A stretch of 11,426 nt of DNA from an uncultured bacterium (lineage in GTDB: Bacteria > CSSED10-310 > CAZUFC01), in NCBI GenBank assembly GCA_964619725.1, contig CAZUFC010000196.1, positions 1 through 11,426 of the forward strand, in the 5' to 3' direction. This document shows, piece after piece, positions 7,668-11,426 of this stretch (the stretch's first letter is position 1; every line of letters starts with the position of its first letter). Below the pieces are notes generated by a model. The model was not told the DNA's origin. It did no database searches and worked only from the letters and a program-made list of their open reading frames with translations. A program made the translations under genes and the position numbers.

Positions 7668-9686
7668 ATGAAGATGAGTAAATGGATAACAATGTTTTTG
7701 GCGGTAGTGACGGCGTTTGCAGCGGCCGGGCATGCGGCTCAGTTGGGAATTACCCTGGATTTTGCTGGATTGATGCCGCTGGGTGAGGAATATATTTATG
7801 AGGGGTGGTTGATTGTTGACGGCGAGCCTGTATCGACGGGTGAGTTCATAGTGGATGACAACGGGATAGCGTATCCGTCGACATTTTTAGTGGACGAAGA
7901 GACGGCGATAGCGTCGGAGACTTTTGTGTTAACGATTGAGCCCGCAGTGGATTATGATCCGCTGCCTTCCGATACGCATTTTCTGGCTGGCGATTTTGAA
8001 ACGGACATGGCGTTGTTAACGGTGGGACATCCGGCGGCGCTGGATTCCGATTTTTCTACCGCCGTCGGCGCTTACATACTCAACACGCCGACCACATTCG
8101 ACATTCCTGAAGATTACGATCAGGGGATATGGTTTCTGGACCCCAATCCGGGCCCCGGTCCGTCGCTTGATCTTCCCGTGTTGCCGCCGGGCTGGATGTA
8201 TGAAGGATGGGTTGTGGAATCGGGAACGCCCATAACGACCGGTAAATTTTTCAATTCTGCGGATACCGATGATGACGGAGCCGGTCCGGCTGCAGGACCC
8301 GATGCGCCGCCGCCTTTTCCGGGACAGGATTTCATCGATCCTCCGTTAGTTCTCCCCGGCAACGTGATAGTAGTTTTAAGCGTTGAGCCTGATCCTGACG
8401 ACAGTCCCGATCCTTTTTCCATTAAGCCGCTGAAGGATGAAATCGTTGAAGATGTGGGAGCCGGAGTTCTTCAGGACATGGAAAATATTTACTCCATGAT
8501 TCCTCAAGGAACGGCCCGGGTTCACAGAGTCCTCCAGTTGTCGCTTGATATGCAGGGATTGGAGGATTTAGGCGGAGCTTACGTGTATGAAGGCTGGATT
8601 ATCGTGGAAGGCGATCCGGTATCAACGGGGAGATTCTCGGTTGATGAAGACGGTGAGTTATCCCGGAATATGTTCTACATTGACGAAGAGGATGCGGCAT
8701 CTGCAGACGCCTTCGTTCTGTCTATCGAACCCTACATTGATAATGATCCGGGACCTTCCTCAACCAAATTAATGGCCGGCGAATTCATGGATGACCAGGC
8801 CGAGCTCAGCATAGAGCATCCCGCGGCCGTCGGAGACGACTTTCTTGCGGCGACCGGAGAGTATATTCTTAATACTCCCACCACTTCGGGAACAATGGAT
8901 GATTACGACCAGGGCATCTGGTATCTTGATCCCGGCGCAGGCCCCGGTCCGTCGCTTGATCTGCCCATGCTTCCCGAAGGATGGATGTACGAGGGATGGA
9001 TAGCGGATATAACCGGTCCTGTGACGACTGGAAAATTCGATGACGTAACCGGTGAAGACAGCGACGGAGCCGGTCCCACAGCCGGTCCGGACCCCGCTCC
9101 GCCTTTTCCGGGACAGGACTTCATCGATCCTCCCGTCGTCGTAACAGGCTATGCCGCCGTCATCAGCATTGAACCTGATCCGGACAACAGCGATGATCCT
9201 TTTTTCATTAAACCGCTGATCGATTCGGATATCGAAGACCTGGGTGCCGGCATCCTGCAAAGTATGACAAACAATGCCGAAGATGTTCCCGCCGGAACAG
9301 CGGTCATCGGCTCGCTACCCGTTCCCCATAAAAACTTCGAACTCCTGATGAACGACACTTTACTGACAAAAGGCGATACCCTATACCTCCACTATTACCT
9401 GCATAATCCGGGACACGTCGCCTACCTGGCGGACGTTTATATCCTGCTCGACGTCTTCGGCGAATATTTCGCATACCCAAGCTGGCAAAACCTAGATATG
9501 GGCATAGACCTTGAAGAAGATGTCGCCGTCGATCCCAACACCAGCTACCACAAAGAAGCGCTTTCAATCACCTGGCCGCCGGGCGCCGGCGCCGCTTCAG
9601 GACTATGGTTCCACGGCGCCGCATTCGATGCCGATACCTTCGACTTTATCGGCGAACTACGGTCCATTGAATGGGGTTACATGTAA
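7668..9686 (+). CDS. Secreted acidic protein with a duplicated module of RskA-like (anti-sigma-K C-terminal-like) YEGW repeats and a distinct C-terminal domain
   Basis: Sec-type signal peptide (..FAAAGHA/A) and strong GAGGAG RBS. Four YEGW..TG.F..[TS][IV]EP repeats are arranged as two ~263-aa modules. The duplication is visible in DNA (GGCCCCGGTCCGTCGCTTGATCT at 8151 and 8940, offset 789 bp). The last ~118 aa are unrelated to the repeats. Confidence 0.75.
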   Translation: MKMSKWITMFLAVVTAFAAAGHAAQLGITLDFAGLMPLGEEYIYEGWLIVDGEPVSTGEFIVDDNGIAYPSTFLVDEETAIASETFVLTIEPAVDYDPLPSDTHFLAGDFETDMALLTVGHPAALDSDFSTAVGAYILNTPTTFDIPEDYDQGIWFLDPNPGPGPSLDLPVLPPGWMYEGWVVESGTPITTGKFFNSADTDDDGAGPAAGPDAPPPFPGQDFIDPPLVLPGNVIVVLSVEPDPDDSPDPFSIKPLKDEIVEDVGAGVLQDMENIYSMIPQGTARVHRVLQLSLDMQGLEDLGGAYVYEGWIIVEGDPVSTGRFSVDEDGELSRNMFYIDEEDAASADAFVLSIEPYIDNDPGPSSTKLMAGEFMDDQAELSIEHPAAVGDDFLAATGEYILNTPTTSGTMDDYDQGIWYLDPGAGPGPSLDLPMLPEGWMYEGWIADITGPVTTGKFDDVTGEDSDGAGPTAGPDPAPPFPGQDFIDPPVVVTGYAAVISIEPDPDNSDDPFFIKPLIDSDIEDLGAGILQSMTNNAEDVPAGTAVIGSLPVPHKNFELLMNDTLLTKGDTLYLHYYLHNPGHVAYLADVYILLDVFGEYFAYPSWQNLDMGIDLEEDVAVDPNTSYHKEALSITWPPGAGAASGLWFHGAAFDADTFDFIGELRSIEWGYM

Positions 9687-9710
9687 ACAAAAAATACGGA
9701 ACAGACAGCG

Positions 9711-9750
9711 GGCTCCTTCATTAAGGGGCCTCTTGCCTTATCTCATCTTT
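9711..9750 (+). terminator. Probable intrinsic terminator of the 672-aa gene
   Basis: GGCTCCTT-CATT-AAGGGGCC hairpin (9711-9730), 25 nt after the stop, followed by a pyrimidine-rich tract. Confidence 0.5.
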
Positions 9751-9751
9751 A

Positions 9752-9863
9752 GGCGCTGATCAAAAATGGCCATATCAGAGTTACATTTTCTCAGTTTGAA
9801 TCCTTCGTGCTCGTGCTCAGTAAGCGATAATCGTAATCGAAAAACGGATATCTGATCAGCGCC
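9752..9863. mobile_element. MITE-like TGATCA-family element, copy D (112 bp)
   Basis: Perfect 11-bp inverted ends GGCGCTGATCA / TGATCAGCGCC (14/16 when extended inward). Interior hexamer repeats TCGTGCTCGTGCTC...TAATCGTAATCGA. No target-site duplication. Confidence 0.55.
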
Positions 9864-9879
9864 GAAATCCGGAAGAATC

Positions 9880-9905
9880 GTAACCCCGATTCAATCAGTC
9901 CCAAA
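9880..9905. repeat. Short dispersed repeat, copy 2
   Basis: GTAACCCCGATTCAATCAGTCCCAAA, 23/26 identical to 33-58. Confidence 0.65.
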
Positions 9906-10008
9906 TTTTCCACCAAACAGCCGCAAAACAATCCAGCGAAATCCCCCAACAACCATAAAAACCCCAACCCGGCAAATTTTATTCATGGAAAAAAATGAAA
10001 GCGCTGAA

Positions 10009-10142
10009 GTCAATGATCAAAAATGGGTCTTCTGAGGTTGCAATTCTACAGAATATCTGATTATTTTGTTTCGATCCCGACCCCGATTACTGAAACAAAA
10101 TGTCGAACGTGAAAAAAGTGTGATCCCGGCTTGATCATCACG
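10009..10142 (+). repeat. TGATCA-family intergenic element, copy B
   Basis: Left end GTCAATGATCAAAAAT, degenerate right end TTGATCA at 10131-10137. 67/88 identity to copy A. Confidence 0.75.
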
Positions 10143-10146
10143 GGAA

Positions 10147-10632
10147 TCAGAACCCGAACTCAATACCCCGGAATCCCCGGTGATGATTCTGCGACATCTG
10201 ATATTTTTCTTTTGATGCTCCGGCGCCGGTTTCCGACAATTCTTCAGGATCCAACAGCAGTATTTTTCGTATTGCTTCTGATAACTGATTGATGTTGAAA
10301 GGTATTATCAGACACTCCACAGCATTTAGTTCCACTGCATTGTCACATACGCCGGCCGTCGCGGAGTCCAATATAAGAATTTTACCGGCATACGGAAGCT
10401 TCTCATCAACTTGTTTCAAAAATTCCACTCCATTCATCCCCGCTAATCGATAATTGGATATTACAATATCGCCGTTGCTCTTTTCCAATACCGGCAACAG
10501 CTCTTCCGCCGTTTGAAACGATTCCATATCCCATTCGATCCAGCGAAAATAAAACTCCATGGAATCCCTGACCCAGGTATCCTCAATAACAAGCAATACC
10601 TTGTACTTTTTGAGGTTTTCTATGCTTTTCAT
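10147..10632 (-). CDS. Stand-alone atypical (pseudo-)receiver domain protein, 161 aa
   Basis: CheY-like pattern KVLLVIED..DIVISNYRLAGMNGVEFLK..KILIL..A.ECLIIPFN...L...I. Start moved to the ATG at 10632 (MKSIENL), which has a GAGGAA RBS; the upstream 27 codons of the tracked ORF look non-coding. Confidence 0.75.
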   Translation of the reverse strand: MKSIENLKKYKVLLVIEDTWVRDSMEFYFRWIEWDMESFQTAEELLPVLEKSNGDIVISNYRLAGMNGVEFLKQVDEKLPYAGKILILDSATAGVCDNAVELNAVECLIIPFNINQLSEAIRKILLLDPEELSETGAGASKEKYQMSQNHHRGFRGIEFGF

Positions 10633-10858
10633 TTTCAGTTCTTCCTCAGTCGTCCTGACCCTGGACGAACTCACGGATATCACAACAATCGAATACCGGG
10701 ACCAGAACAGCAATAAGGGTATTTTCGCATCTTTTCTAATCCTTTCAATATTTTTTCTCTCCTTTCAGACTAATATTTTTATTAAAATTAAGAAGGAAAA
10801 TGCCCTTTTTTCAGAATGCAGTTCCATTTTGTAAAATAAAGGCGATTCCGCACAGGCC

Positions 10859-11074
10859 CTAAAATTTCATCTCCGCTTCATTCAGAGATATCATTACTCC
10901 GTTGCCTTTCCGGGAGTATTGAATTTTGTCTTCCCGGGCCAACCACCCCAGCGACTGATATACGACCGGTTGTTTTTCATCGATGAGTTTCGGCAAGCGG
11001 GTCATTGCGATTTGTTTCTCATTCCTGAGCACATTCCAGATTTCACCCGCAGTTTGTATGACTCTTTGTTTCAT
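10859..11074 (-). CDS. Small winged helix-turn-helix protein (DUF2582-like)
   Basis: 71 aa with TAGEIW..L and LGWLAREDKI signatures typical of DUF2582. AGGAGG RBS. Confidence 0.85.
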   Translation of the reverse strand: MKQRVIQTAGEIWNVLRNEKQIAMTRLPKLIDEKQPVVYQSLGWLAREDKIQYSRKGNGVMISLNEAEMKF

Positions 11075-11147
11075 TTTTATTTTGTCCTCCTGGTTTGTCC
11101 TATGCTTTCAACAGTTATCCACATTAAGCGGAACCCGTAAATTGTTG

Positions 11148-11163
11148 AGCAATTTTGATGCCA
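11148..11163 (-). promoter_or_regulatory. Putative sigma-54 promoter for the DUF2582-like gene
   Basis: The minus strand reads TGGCATCAAAATTGCT, a near-perfect TGGCAY-N5-TTGCW, about 75 bp upstream of the ATG. Confidence 0.78.
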
Positions 11164-11344
11164 AAAAAAAATTAATACGGAAAGATAGCGAAAAATTCAG
11201 AAATATTTCTAAAAAGCCGGTAAGAAAAATAAATTTACAAGTATGTAGATAATAGTTAGAAAAATTGCGAAGTGAGTTAGGAAAAATTCGAATTTATCTT
11301 TGACAATTCTGCCGCCCCGAACGTGATTGAGCAGACGAACGATC

Positions 11345-11426
11345 AAATGGCCAATAGTCAATAGCCAATGGCCAATGAATTCCGGCTTTCCATCGTTAAT
11401 CATTGACCATTGACGATTGACCATTG
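11345..11426. repeat. Inverted arrays of heptamer tandem repeats (YCAATRG / CYATTGR), truncated by the window end
   Basis: Left arm CCAATAG TCAATAG CCAATGG CCAATGA (11351-11378). Right arm TCATTGA CCATTGA CGATTGA CCATTG (11400-11426). The loop is ~21 nt. Confidence 0.75.

Noticed and set aside
7668-9686. Calling the 672-aa protein a functional anti-sigma factor (rskA)
   Set aside because: It has no cytoplasmic anti-sigma domain, no internal TM helix and no adjacent ECF sigma gene; only the extracytoplasmic-type repeat is similar.
8120-9759. Repeated-looking ORFs within the 672-aa gene (e.g. MKSCPGKGG...)
   Set aside because: Their similarity simply mirrors the internal duplication of the real plus-strand gene.
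9666-9895. ATTGAATGGGGTTAC at the end of the 672-aa gene is nearly the inverse of GTAACCCCGATTCAAT at 9880
   Set aside because: It needs a gap and lies in coding sequence (IEWGY). Probably coincidental, though not excluded.
10633-10713. N-terminal 27 codons of the 188-aa ORF
   Set aside because: The ATG at 10632 has a good RBS and begins just before the receiver domain, so it is the better start.
11209-11424. 71-aa minus-strand ORF
   Set aside because: It is a translation of the heptamer arrays and AT-rich promoter DNA; the periodic W..I.H pattern is a repeat artefact.
33-11426. CRISPR array or integron attC interpretation of the dispersed repeats
   Set aside because: There is no regular repeat-spacer period, no cas or integrase gene, and no consistent RYYYAAC...GTTRRRY boundaries directly after each gene.

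Overview
Bacterial chromosomal window of moderate GC with AT-rich intergenic gaps. It looks like a stress or stationary-phase gene cluster. Minus strand: a UPF0182 membrane protein, an HPF/RaiA-cold-shock-domain fusion, a small unknown membrane protein, a GYD-domain protein, type I GAPDH (gap), exported Cu/Zn SOD (sodC), a degenerate (pseudo-)receiver protein and a DUF2582-like winged-helix protein. Plus strand: a very acidic secreted 672-aa protein made of a duplicated ~263-aa module with four RskA-like YEGW repeats plus a distinct C-terminal tail. The non-coding DNA is the most unusual part. Four good sigma-54 (-24/-12) promoter motifs head the transcription units. A dispersed family of degenerate ~110-180 bp elements with GGCRYTGATCAAAAA-type inverted ends and CGANNN hexamer cores occupies many intergenic gaps, often next to those promoters. 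There is also a REP-like inverted doublet and an inverted heptamer array. All family assignments come from motif recognition by eye; no database searches were run.
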